Assembly (NCBI GenBank): GCA_043753995.1
Contig: JAYUVP010000011.1
Span: forward strand, 1 to 14,417
Direction: 5' to 3'
Source of the DNA: Fibrobacterota bacterium
GTDB lineage: Bacteria > Fibrobacterota > Fibrobacteria > UBA11236
DNA: 14,417 nt
Part shown: in pieces, positions 1 through 8,960 of the stretch
How positions within the stretch are numbered: position 1 is the stretch's first letter
Layout of the letters: each line of letters starts with the position of its first letter
Notes under the pieces: generated by a model
The model's database searches: none
What the model was told of the DNA's origin: nothing
Seen by the model: the letters and a program-made list of their open reading frames with translations, nothing else
Translations under genes and position numbers: made by a program

Positions 1-1021
1 ATAAGGTGCCCATGCCTGAGACCGTGACCGACTCCGCCAAGAATTGCGCCAGAATGGAGGAATCGCTGGCGCCTAAGGCCTTGCGCACACCAATCTCCCG
101 TAACCGGCTGGATACGGTGGCGAGCATGAGATTTAAAATGCCCACTCCACCGACGCCCAAGGCCATCAGGGCAATGGCCCAGCCCAACATGGAAAGCGCC
201 TCCGAGGCCTTGGCATTTTCCGCAATTTGTTCCTCAGCGGTGAGAATGGAAAAGTCGCGCACACCTCGGTGACTTTTTAACAGATAGGCGCGCATTTCAC
301 GCACTGCCGCGTCGGGTTCCATCTTGCTGCGCAGGCGCACCTTGATTGATTTTAATTTGCCTTGATCGCCCGCGAAGTGATGCAAATAAGCAGTATAGGG
401 ATAGTAAGCCACTCGCCTTCGCCAATCCAAGCGGCTGATGGAAGTGATTAGCCCAACCACGCGCCATTTCACCTTGCCGTATTCCAAAGTTTGGCCCAAG
501 GCCGCATAGCTTTCACCGAAAAGGTCGGCGGCCAATTTATCGCCTAAAACGCAAATCTCTTCGCCGCGATCCCAGGCCGGTGACAGGCGCGTTACGGGCT
601 CATGCCAATAGCCCACAGGAACATTATTCTGTTCGAAATAGAGCCAATTGATGGCCATGGCATGCCCGCTTTTCGGACCCTTGGGGCCACGCAGGGAATT
701 TTCCTTGTGCCAGCCCTCCGGCAAGAGTGCGTCGCAGCATTCGGCCCGACGCACAAAAGCCTGCATTTCCTCATAGCGCAATCCTTCGCTGCGCGAGAAA
801 GCGGCTTCTTCCTCGGGAGTCGCGGGGTCTACGGATTCCACCGTCAGCATGGACACGCCGCCCATGCGATTCATTTGCTTTTGCGATTCCTCTTTGGCGC
901 CACCGGTGAGGCTATTGAGCAATAAAACCGTGGCAATGCCGAGGCATATGGAAAGGAGGCTCAAGACACTCCTCCGCAAATTGGATCCGATTTCTCGCAA
1001 TCCCAGGCGCAAGCCTATCAT
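1..1021 (-). CDS. MacB/FtsX-family ABC transporter permease (partial, C-terminus runs off the left edge; alternative GTG start at 1054)
   Basis: Not in the ORF track; translated by hand. Open frame from ATG 1021 (MIGLRLGLREIGSNLRRSVLSLLSICLGIATVLLLNSL...) to the window edge with no stop. Contains MacB-type motifs GVGGVGILNLMLATVSSRLREIGVRKALGAS and ILAQFLAES. GGCGGAG precedes the ATG; an in-frame GTG at 1054 overlaps the ATPase stop (GTGA). Confidence 0.93.
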   Translation of the reverse strand, partial: MIGLRLGLREIGSNLRRSVLSLLSICLGIATVLLLNSLTGGAKEESQKQMNRMGGVSMLTVESVDPATPEEEAAFSRSEGLRYEEMQAFVRRAECCDALLPEGWHKENSLRGPKGPKSGHAMAINWLYFEQNNVPVGYWHEPVTRLSPAWDRGEEICVLGDKLAADLFGESYAALGQTLEYGKVKWRVVGLITSISRLDWRRRVAYYPYTAYLHHFAGDQGKLKSIKVRLRSKMEPDAAVREMRAYLLKSHRGVRDFSILTAEEQIAENAKASEALSMLGWAIALMALGVGGVGILNLMLATVSSRLREIGVRKALGASDSSILAQFLAESVTVSGMGTL

Positions 1022-1050
1022 GGCTCCGCCCGCATTTTCGCCTTGGCCTT

Positions 1051-1740
1051 TCACTTCTCAGCGGCTCCCAGAAGTCGACCGTCCCGCAGTATACGCAAGG
1101 AGCCCGCGGCATGGGCCACGTCCGCTTCATGGGTGATGAGGATGATGCTATGGCCTTCGGCATTCAAGGCGGAAAAAAGTTTCAAAATCTCCTGGGTGGT
1201 ATCCGAATCCAAATTGCCGGTGGGCTCGTCAGCCAGAATGAAGTCTGGCTTTTTCACCAAGGCACGGGCAATGGCGGCTCGCTGCTTTTGGCCACCGGAA
1301 ACTTCATGGGGTTTGTGCTTACGCCGCTCCCAAATGCCGAGGCGCTCAAGCATGGCCTGGACCAAGCGCTTTCTTTCACCGCTGGGTATGCCGGAATAAA
1401 TGAGAGGCAATTCAACATTTTGGGCCAAATTGAGTCGCGGCAAGAGATTGAAATTCTGAAATACAAATCCGATAGAGCGATTGCGAAGCCGCGCCAGGGC
1501 CGTGGCATTCGCCTCATGGACGGCCTGGCCATTCAACCAATATTGTCCAGAAGTCGGAGCATCGAGGCAACCGAGTATATGCAATAAAGTCGACTTGCCG
1601 GATCCCGAAGGGCCCATGATGGCGAGATAGGCCCCGCGCTCCACTTCGAGATCAATATCACGCAATACCGGAATTTCTTCCTTGCCCAGGCGATAGGCCT
1701 TGCAGACCTTTTGCAATCGAAGCAAGCTCATGCCAGCCAC
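1051..1740 (-). CDS. ABC transporter ATP-binding protein, MacB/LolD type (start GTG 1740 or ATG 1731)
   Basis: Walker A GPSGSGKST, Q-loop IGFVFQNFNLL, signature VSGGQKQRAAIARAL, Walker B ILADEPTGNLD, H-loop ITHE. Confidence 0.96.
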   Translation of the reverse strand: MAGMSLLRLQKVCKAYRLGKEEIPVLRDIDLEVERGAYLAIMGPSGSGKSTLLHILGCLDAPTSGQYWLNGQAVHEANATALARLRNRSIGFVFQNFNLLPRLNLAQNVELPLIYSGIPSGERKRLVQAMLERLGIWERRKHKPHEVSGGQKQRAAIARALVKKPDFILADEPTGNLDSDTTQEILKLFSALNAEGHSIILITHEADVAHAAGSLRILRDGRLLGAAEK

Positions 1741-1742
1741 AC

Positions 1743-2873
1743 TTATTTCGACCCACCATGAGGCGGCTTGCCGCCCGGACTCGCCATTTCATCGTCCATC
1801 AAGACCACTTCGCCTTCCTTGAGGCCAGCGGTGATTTCGATACGATTGAAATTATTAGCGCCCAAGGTCACGCTTCGTTTTTCCTTCCCATCCTTTCCAC
1901 TGGGCAAATACACGAAGGCACCTTCGCCCGCGCCGGTATGCACGCATTCATAAGGAAGGGACAAAACTTGCTTCACGTCGAACAGAGTGAATTCCACCGT
2001 GACCGTGGCGCCGGGAGGCAAAACTTTTTGAGCCTCCGCGTCGATGGTGTCGAGGGTGACGCGCACGTCGAATTGCCTCACATTGCGATCTTTGTTTTCC
2101 TTGGCCATGCGGCCGATATAATCCACCTGCCCTGGAAAACGAGCGCCCGGCTTGGCTTCGGTGGTGACATTCGCCTTTTGACCCAAGGACAAATGCGGAT
2201 AATCGAGCTCGGAAATCTTGACGGTCACCCGCCGTTTGGAAAGATCGGCCACGGTACCCAGGCTGGTACCTCCACCGAAAGAGGCCGTGCCCGCCACGAT
2301 GACTTCACCGGATTTCACTTCCAGTCCGATCAAATAACCCGTAAGCGGTGCCAGCACCGCCGTCTTGGACAATTGTATTTCGGTTTCGCGCAGGGCTAGG
2401 CTGTCTTGCCGCACTTGAATATGCGTTAGTTGTGCTTGCCACAGTTGATCTTGAATTTTCTGCGGGGAAATGCCTTCGACGGCGCGCAAACTTTCCGCCA
2501 TGGCGGCATTGCGCTGGGCTTGCGCATTTAAAATACGACTGCGCGCCAGGGATAATTGATCGCGTACACGGCGATTGAGCAATTGCTCCGGATCAATTTC
2601 AACTAACGTATCCCCTTTGCGAACTAAGTCTCCCTCCTCCACGCGCAAGCGCTTGATTTGGCCGGACACTTCGCTTTTAAGGCTTACTTCCTCAACGGCT
2701 TCTAGCACTCCGCTCAAGGTCAAGGCATCCTTTATATCTTGCCTTTCCACCTTGGCCGTGCGGCGCGTCGGCAGCTCGGATTTGGAGTTGCATGCCACCA
2801 GGGACAAGCTCATGACGGATGCGGCTAAAGCCATAACACCAAGTCGAAAAATCTTTTTTTGCTGTTGTATCAA
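1743..2873 (-). CDS. MacA/HlyD-family periplasmic adaptor (membrane fusion protein), probable lipoprotein
   Basis: Lipoyl-like halves (SEVSGQIKRLRVEEGDLVRKGDTLVEID; APLTGYLIGLEVKSGEVI), a coiled-coil hairpin and C-terminal GLKEGEVV. Start reassigned to TTG 2873: GGAAGGAG lies 7 nt upstream and TTGA overlaps the TolC stop. This gives a signal peptide ending in lipobox LVAC. Confidence 0.9.
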   Translation of the reverse strand: MIQQQKKIFRLGVMALAASVMSLSLVACNSKSELPTRRTAKVERQDIKDALTLSGVLEAVEEVSLKSEVSGQIKRLRVEEGDLVRKGDTLVEIDPEQLLNRRVRDQLSLARSRILNAQAQRNAAMAESLRAVEGISPQKIQDQLWQAQLTHIQVRQDSLALRETEIQLSKTAVLAPLTGYLIGLEVKSGEVIVAGTASFGGGTSLGTVADLSKRRVTVKISELDYPHLSLGQKANVTTEAKPGARFPGQVDYIGRMAKENKDRNVRQFDVRVTLDTIDAEAQKVLPPGATVTVEFTLFDVKQVLSLPYECVHTGAGEGAFVYLPSGKDGKEKRSVTLGANNFNRIEITAGLKEGEVVLMDDEMASPGGKPPHGGSK

Positions 2874-4435
2874 GGATGAACTCCTTCCAAAATCACGCCG
2901 CTGCCCACCAAGGCGCGACCATTCCATTTTTCAATTTCCGCATTCAAAAGGCGCAGGGCGACATAGGCCGAGGTTACATCCTGTTCGGCTTGCAAACGAT
3001 CGCGCGCTGATAATTGCAATTCGGTGAAATCAATATCTCCCAAGGCATGCCGTCTTTCTGCGATGCGGCTGCGCTTCTGCTCGAGCCCGACCTTCTCCTT
3101 TGCCATGCGAAAACGCTCGCCCTGGGTCGCATAGGCATCAATAAGGCGAGCCACGGTCGTGCGCAGTAGCGCCAGGGTTTGGGTGGAATCCAGTTTTTGT
3201 GCTTCAGCTTGCAAAAGTGTTTTTTGCAAATCACGGCTTGCCGACAAAGTGGGCAAGGTCCAAGCGAAGGTTGCCCCCAATCGCGCATCGGATCGACCGC
3301 CGATGGGCTTGCGCCAACTAGCCTGCAAATCCAGTTGTGGCTTTTCGGCATCGCGGGCGCGCTGGGCTTGCAATTCGAATCTCTGCTGCAAATGAGCCAA
3401 GCGCAACCAAGTTGGATGGCGCGAGCTCAGGGTCTTTTCCTCAATCGGCACGGGGGGTGGAGGCTCCGATTCCAAACTATCGATGAAAAGCAAGCCCAAG
3501 CCGGCCAAAACAGAATCGGCATGCCCCGCCACTTCAATATCCGACTGGCGCGGCGAGTCCCCCAGGAGCAAAATCAATTCGGCGACTTTACGGCGATAGG
3601 ACAGCCGACCTTCGAGTAAGCTTTGCCTCGCTCCCAAGGCTTGAATGCGATAACGCAAATATTCGTCTTCCGCCAAATCGCCAAGCCTATGCCTTGCTTC
3701 GGCGGTGCGAAGCGATAATTCCCAATAGGCCGAATCCGCCAGCAAGGATTGCATTTGCCTGACTTGAAGCATCATATTCCAATATTCAGTGCGGGCTTGG
3801 AAACTGGTGGCCAACAATTGGGCGCGCAATTCTGATTCGGCCAAGGCTTCTTCATTTCTAGCCATGGCTATGCTGGCTTGAACCTCTGAATGAGATCCGA
3901 AACCTCGCAATAAAGGCTGCCGCATATTCAGTGCGACAGATTGAGTGTCTCGCCAGGCGCCGCCTTCCGGGCGATGCGCACCTCCTTCTACCTGGGCGCC
4001 GATTTCGCCTCCTGTGGGCAAGGCTTGCTTTAGGCCAAGCGATGCTTGTGAAGCATAGCGGTCTTGGCCCGAACCTAGGTTGACATTGGTGTTACCCACG
4101 TTGAGCGTGGCGGGTCCTTTCGCATAAGGAGCGGTTTCCGCCGACGCCTCCAAAGTCCACATGGGCAGAAAAGCCTTTTCCGCCATTCGGGTATCCACAT
4201 TCGCGGCTCGTCGAATCAATCTTTGTCGCGCCAAGTCGCGATTGCTTTGCAATACTTTGCGTACCCAGTCGCGTTCTTCGGTAGGCCAAGCGGGAATTCC
4301 GGACGAATCACCTGGCGCCTGGGCTTCAGCGCCCGACCGACCTTCGACATGGGAAGCTTGGGCCAGAGGAATTTCGCCGACTAAACCCAGCCAGCCGCCG
4401 AACAAACAAAGGCTTATCGATTTACAAACGCCCAT
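2870..4435 (-). CDS. TolC-family outer membrane efflux channel
   Basis: Signal-peptide-like N-terminus and two OEP-like repeats (VLQSNRDL...FLPMWTLEAS; LKQALPTGG; LNMRQPLLRGFG; KPQLDLQAS; RHALGDIDFTEL). Lies directly upstream of the adaptor, ATPase and permease genes. Confidence 0.88.
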   Translation of the reverse strand: MGVCKSISLCLFGGWLGLVGEIPLAQASHVEGRSGAEAQAPGDSSGIPAWPTEERDWVRKVLQSNRDLARQRLIRRAANVDTRMAEKAFLPMWTLEASAETAPYAKGPATLNVGNTNVNLGSGQDRYASQASLGLKQALPTGGEIGAQVEGGAHRPEGGAWRDTQSVALNMRQPLLRGFGSHSEVQASIAMARNEEALAESELRAQLLATSFQARTEYWNMMLQVRQMQSLLADSAYWELSLRTAEARHRLGDLAEDEYLRYRIQALGARQSLLEGRLSYRRKVAELILLLGDSPRQSDIEVAGHADSVLAGLGLLFIDSLESEPPPPVPIEEKTLSSRHPTWLRLAHLQQRFELQAQRARDAEKPQLDLQASWRKPIGGRSDARLGATFAWTLPTLSASRDLQKTLLQAEAQKLDSTQTLALLRTTVARLIDAYATQGERFRMAKEKVGLEQKRSRIAERRHALGDIDFTELQLSARDRLQAEQDVTSAYVALRLLNAEIEKWNGRALVGSGVILEGVHP

Positions 4436-5144
4436 AATACCCCCGCCAATAGCGGCTCATGACGCCTAAGGCACGCAGGCCATAGCGCCAAGGATTGAGG
4501 TGGGAAACTTCTTCGGCATAACGCGTGGGTATGGCCATCTCCCCTACGCTCAATCCCTTGGCTCGGGCGGTGGCGATAGCCTCTAGGTCGAAATCGAAAT
4601 ACCCGCTGAGCTTGGTAAAGGGAATTTTTGCCAAGGCCTGCGGGCCATAAATCAAAAAGCCGCTGTGATAATCGGTCATGCGCAATCCGAAACAAAGGTT
4701 TTCCATGAAGGTGAGAATGCGGCCAGCGACATACTTATACAAAGGCATGCCCCCTTGCAAAGCCGTGTCAGCCAAATGCCTTGATCCTTGAAGCAAATCC
4801 CAAGGATGCTTTTGCATTAAAGCGATGCCATCGGCAATGGCCTCAGGCGGATATTGGCCATCGGCATGTAGACAAACGGCAAATTCGCAACCCGCCTCTC
4901 GGCAATGTTCAATGCCTCGCAAAACAGTCGCGCCATAGCCCTGGTTTTTTTGTGAGCGAAGGCATAGGAATTGTGCATGCCGGACTTTCCAAGCTTCAGC
5001 GACAGTATGGGTACCATCGCGGCTACCGTCATCGAGGACAACCACGGTACGGCATTGATTCCAAACAGAATCAGGAATGCGCGCCAACAAATCAGGCAAG
5101 GTCTTCGCCGCCTGATAGGCCGGGATGAAAATCCCCCACTTCAT
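4422..5144 (-). CDS. Family 2 glycosyltransferase (DPM1/polyprenol-phosphate glycosyltransferase-like)
   Basis: IFIPAYQAA, VLDDGSRDGT, NQGYGATV, CLHADGQYPP (HAD variant of DxD), LLQGSR, TDYHSGF, FDLE and IPTRY motifs. ATGA overlap with the upstream gene. Confidence 0.93.
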   Translation of the reverse strand: MKWGIFIPAYQAAKTLPDLLARIPDSVWNQCRTVVVLDDGSRDGTHTVAEAWKVRHAQFLCLRSQKNQGYGATVLRGIEHCREAGCEFAVCLHADGQYPPEAIADGIALMQKHPWDLLQGSRHLADTALQGGMPLYKYVAGRILTFMENLCFGLRMTDYHSGFLIYGPQALAKIPFTKLSGYFDFDLEAIATARAKGLSVGEMAIPTRYAEEVSHLNPWRYGLRALGVMSRYWRGYYGRL

Positions 5145-6061
5145 GGCTTATCCCAACCCGCCGCCAAGCGCAGGCTTTGTTCCGTGGGCAGAAAACCGCG
5201 CGGTTGAAAATCAAAGTCGCCTTGCAAATCGCTGATATCCGGTGCGGCGTCTTGCAATAAGCCCAGCATGCCCTGTCGCCCCACCGAACCCCCGGGACGA
5301 AAATGATCGGCCCAATCGGCAGCCGACAAAGCCAAGCCACGTGGCAAGGACAAGCAAATCCGGCGCAGCCGCAAACCCTTGGCAATGGCCGTGGTCATGC
5401 TCCGCAAGCTGAGGCATTGGCCACCCGCCAAAGCATAGGTCTTGCCAAAGCTTTGGGATTGCATCGGTAATTGGGCAAGCAAGGACCCAGCATCCTCGGC
5501 ATGCAGGGGACGCTTCAAGGCCTTACCCCCTTCCGGCAAGGCAAACAGGGGGTAACGCGCAACATACTGGACCAAGGCGGCGAATTCCAGGGCTCCACCC
5601 TGGTCGTCATAAATCAAGGTGGGCCGAATCACGGTCCAATGGGGCAATTTTGACGCTTGCAAGGCGGCCTCTGCGTCAAGCTTGGAAATGGCATAGGGAC
5701 TCAATGCGCTATAGGTCACCGAAATGGAGGAAATGAAAACAAAATGTTGCACGCCCGCCATTTCACTGGCAGCAATCAAATTGCGAGTGCCTTGCGCATT
5801 GATCCTTTCAAACTCGGCGGGATCACGACTCTGCAAAATCCCCGCCAAGTGCATCACAGCCGAAACGCCTCGACAAGCGGGTATTAGACTTTGAGCGTCG
5901 CGAATATCACCCACCAGGCATTCAAAATTGGGTGACGATAAATCGGGCTGGGCTTCCGTCGCCAAGCGCAATGCGCGCACATGAAAACCGCTATCCAATA
6001 GCTTTTTCAATAAGGGCCTTCCCAACCGACCCAAACCGCCCGTGATCAAAATGCTTGGCAT
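5141..6061 (-). CDS. NAD-dependent epimerase/dehydratase (extended/atypical SDR)
   Basis: N-terminal ILITGGLGRLG Rossmann motif, GDIRD, VMHLAG, INAQGTRNL, FISS, catalytic YAISK (YxxxK), IRPTLIY. ATG 6061 preferred over TTG 6067. Confidence 0.92.
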   Translation of the reverse strand: MPSILITGGLGRLGRPLLKKLLDSGFHVRALRLATEAQPDLSSPNFECLVGDIRDAQSLIPACRGVSAVMHLAGILQSRDPAEFERINAQGTRNLIAASEMAGVQHFVFISSISVTYSALSPYAISKLDAEAALQASKLPHWTVIRPTLIYDDQGGALEFAALVQYVARYPLFALPEGGKALKRPLHAEDAGSLLAQLPMQSQSFGKTYALAGGQCLSLRSMTTAIAKGLRLRRICLSLPRGLALSAADWADHFRPGGSVGRQGMLGLLQDAAPDISDLQGDFDFQPRGFLPTEQSLRLAAGWDKP

Positions 6062-6107
6062 GCCCAAAGAGATATCCGCTAAAATAGGGAAACTACAAAA
6101 GCCCCTT

Positions 6108-6116
6108 TGTTACAAT
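6108..6116 (+). promoter_or_regulatory. Putative extended -10 promoter (TGtTACAAT) for the acylase gene
   Basis: TG-n-TACAAT in the 65-bp divergent intergenic gap, 10 nt before ATG 6127; no Shine-Dalgarno sequence. Confidence 0.55.
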
Positions 6117-6126
6117 TGCCGCCAGC

Positions 6127-8607
6127 ATGCGCGTCTTTCTTTGGCTTTGCCAGATTGTTCTGGCAGTGGGACTTCTTGTAGGCTTCGGAGCGAAATGGGG
6201 CTCCCTGCCTCGCCTGGCCCCTTTCTTATCTCCCTTCGAGGGCTTTTGGCGCAATGCGGAAGCCGACCCGGTGCGCCCCAAGGCCACGCTATCCCTTGTC
6301 GGGCTGGATCATGCGGTGAATGTGGTTCGCGACAAGCGGCATGTTCCGCACCTTTTTGCGTCTTCGGAAAAAGACCTGTATGTGGCTCAGGGCTTTGTCA
6401 CGGCCAGCGATCGCCTTTGGGAAATGGACGTGGTCACGCGAGAGGCGGGTGGCCGCCTGGCCGAAGTGATGGGAACCGCCCTCCTTGAGCATGACAAGAT
6501 GCGCCGCCGCTATGGCTTATTAGAGGCCGCCAAGGCCATGGAGGGTGGCTTTCTTAAGCATGAAGGCACTCGTCGCGCCGTACAAGCCTATACCGATGGC
6601 GTCAATGCGTACTTAGCTCAGCTCAAACCACGTGACTGGCCACTGGAATTCAAGTTGCTCGATTATGCTCCTGAACCCTGGACCCCACTTAAGACGGCCT
6701 TGCTCATCGCCAGCATGCAATGGACGCTGAGCGCGAGCGAACACGATCAGCCCTTGACCGCGACCTTTGGAAAATATGGCGCGCTTTTCTTTCGCAAGTT
6801 CTTCCCGTCCCATGATTTGGAAGTGCCCACCATTATTCCCCCCGGCACCCCCTGGGGATTCGCTTCGACCCCACCCCAGCCGGATTCTGCGCGTAGCGAC
6901 TCCCTGGCGCCGCCCGTCCTGCCTGCGGAGCTGGACTCCACGCCATCCCGCGCCGATAGTGGTTTGCGTGAAAAGGCACGCTTGCCTGCGAATTATCATG
7001 GCAGCAATAATTTTATTCTCAGCGGGTCGCGCACGCGCTCGGGTAAACCCTTGTTGGCCAATGATCCGCATCTCGATTTGGGCTTGCCTTCGACTTGGTA
7101 TGAAATGCAATTGCGGTCACCGGGCCTCAATGTCTATGGCGTTTCCCTGCCGGGTGTGCCGGGGATTGTCACTGGCTTTAATGACAGTTTGGCCTGGGGC
7201 CTTACCAATGGTGCCGATGATGTCTTCGATTGGTATCGCGTAAAATTCCGCGACTCGACCTTGCACGAATACTTTCATAACGGGCGCTGGGTCGACACGC
7301 GCCAACGCATCGACACCTTTACCGTGCGCGGGGGCGTCCCGATTTTTGACACCGTAACCCTCACCCATCATGGCCCCATCGTCTGGCGTGAACCCGAGGC
7401 CTCCAAAGGACGCAATGCTCCTTTATTGCATGCCCTGCGCTGGCTTGCTCATGACACCAGCGATGAAGTCGGAGCGCTATTGCGCTTGCAAGGATGCGGC
7501 ACCGTGAATTGCTTTCAAGAGGCGATCACCGGTTTTGCCTGTCCTTCCCAGAACTTTGCCGTCGCCAGCATCACGGGTGACATTGCCTTATTTCACATGG
7601 GTCGCTTCCCTTGGAAATGGCCGGGACAAGGTCGACTCATCCTGGATGGATCCGATGCGCGTCACGATTGGCAAGGTTGGGTGCCTTGGGAGAGAATTCC
7701 CAAATCGATGAATCCCAGCCAGGGATTTCTTTTCTCTGCCAATCAAGAGCCGGTCGATTCAACCTATCCCTATCATTTGGGTAATAGCTATACCAACCCC
7801 GATCGCGCCGTGCAATTGGGCGAAAGACTCGCCACCCTCCATAATGCTGATTTCGACTCTGCTTTTTCGGTGCTGCAAGACGACAAAGGACAGCATGCCA
7901 TGCGCATTCTTCCCCTCATGCTGGGACTGCTGGATTCGCTATCCTTAAAATCACCCGAAGACACCCTGGTCGATCTTTTGCGGCACTGGGACTATCACTA
8001 TCGCCCGGAAGGCTTTGCGCCCACCGTTTTCGAGGCCTGGTGGCAATCGCTTTATCGAGCTATTTGGAGCGATGATTTCGGGGAAGATAGCGAGCATTAT
8101 AATTGGCCAAATCTCAAAGTCACCCGGCGACTCATGCAGGAAGAGTCCGCCTCGCCATGGTTTGACGATGTCCGTACACCTCAAACTGAAAGCTTACGTG
8201 ATTTAACCCATGCCACCCTTCGCAGCGCCATTGCCCAACTACGTAGCGATCTCGGACCGTCGGTAAGGCAATGGGCTTGGTCGCGTCGTCGTCCCGTGAC
8301 TATTAAACATTTATTGCGCCTACCCTCGCTCGGTTGGGACAGCCTCATTGTCGGCGGCTGCACTGATTGCATTCAAGCCCAAAGAAGTGGACATGGGCCG
8401 TCCTGGCGAATGGCGGTTAGCCTAACCGATCCCCCGCAAGCTTATGGCATATTCCCCGGCGGCGTTAGCGGAAATCCAGGTTCGCGTCATTACGATGATT
8501 TTGTGAATGATTGGGCCCTGGGTAAGCATTATGCCTTAACCCGCTACTTGAGATTGCCCGATACCGAAGACACCAGCGTCTTTCATCAGACCTTGGAGCC
8601 GCAATGA
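6127..8607 (+). CDS. Penicillin acylase family protein (peptidase S45, Ntn hydrolase), exported or membrane-anchored
   Basis: N-terminal hydrophobic anchor; alpha-subunit motifs VVRDKRHVPHLFA and AQGFVTASDRLWEMD; Pro-rich spacer; beta-subunit nucleophile G/SNNF (Ser293, nt 7003-7005); LLANDPHL; WGLTN; SANQ; PGGVSGNPGSRHYDD. Confidence 0.95.
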   Translation: MRVFLWLCQIVLAVGLLVGFGAKWGSLPRLAPFLSPFEGFWRNAEADPVRPKATLSLVGLDHAVNVVRDKRHVPHLFASSEKDLYVAQGFVTASDRLWEMDVVTREAGGRLAEVMGTALLEHDKMRRRYGLLEAAKAMEGGFLKHEGTRRAVQAYTDGVNAYLAQLKPRDWPLEFKLLDYAPEPWTPLKTALLIASMQWTLSASEHDQPLTATFGKYGALFFRKFFPSHDLEVPTIIPPGTPWGFASTPPQPDSARSDSLAPPVLPAELDSTPSRADSGLREKARLPANYHGSNNFILSGSRTRSGKPLLANDPHLDLGLPSTWYEMQLRSPGLNVYGVSLPGVPGIVTGFNDSLAWGLTNGADDVFDWYRVKFRDSTLHEYFHNGRWVDTRQRIDTFTVRGGVPIFDTVTLTHHGPIVWREPEASKGRNAPLLHALRWLAHDTSDEVGALLRLQGCGTVNCFQEAITGFACPSQNFAVASITGDIALFHMGRFPWKWPGQGRLILDGSDARHDWQGWVPWERIPKSMNPSQGFLFSANQEPVDSTYPYHLGNSYTNPDRAVQLGERLATLHNADFDSAFSVLQDDKGQHAMRILPLMLGLLDSLSLKSPEDTLVDLLRHWDYHYRPEGFAPTVFEAWWQSLYRAIWSDDFGEDSEHYNWPNLKVTRRLMQEESASPWFDDVRTPQTESLRDLTHATLRSAIAQLRSDLGPSVRQWAWSRRRPVTIKHLLRLPSLGWDSLIVGGCTDCIQAQRSGHGPSWRMAVSLTDPPQAYGIFPGGVSGNPGSRHYDDFVNDWALGKHYALTRYLRLPDTEDTSVFHQTLEPQ

Positions 8608-8951
8608 TTTTCGTTTTCACCTTGCTGCTCACCTGGATAGGTGCTTGGTTTTTTCCTTGGTGGTGGGGTGCCATTGCGGCCAGTCTTGTGGCGTTCTGGA
8701 GACTTCGACGTTTGTGGTGGCTATTGCCCCAAGCCTTTGTTGCGGGAGGTGTAGCTTGGCTATTGCCTGCTTTGCAAATGGACTTGGCAAATGCATCCCT
8801 ATTGTCCAGCCGCCTCGCCCATCTCTTTCACCTTCCCGGGCCCCAAGGCATGCTGCTCGCCACTGCGATGGCTGGCGGCATCATCGCCGCCCTCGGCGCT
8901 ATCGCCGGCCAACGCATGCGAAAAACCATGCAAGCCTTGCGTGAAGATTAA
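8604..8951 (+). CDS. Small integral membrane protein (3-4 TM), unknown function
   Basis: Very hydrophobic 115 aa with FPWWW motif; ATGA overlap with the acylase stop indicates translational coupling. Confidence 0.85.
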   Translation: MIFVFTLLLTWIGAWFFPWWWGAIAASLVAFWRLRRLWWLLPQAFVAGGVAWLLPALQMDLANASLLSSRLAHLFHLPGPQGMLLATAMAGGIIAALGAIAGQRMRKTMQALRED

Positions 8952-8960
8952 GCCGGAGCC

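Noticed and set aside
2874..2927. N-terminal extension of the adaptor (start 2927)
   Set aside because: It overlaps TolC and would bury the signal peptide. TTG 2873 has a strong SD.
6..5887. Many plus-strand and alternative-frame ORFs (for example 6-272, 602-925, 1111-1587, 1758-2399, 2575-3027, 3179-3619)
   Set aside because: Antisense or off-frame shadows of well-supported genes, with no recognisable motifs.
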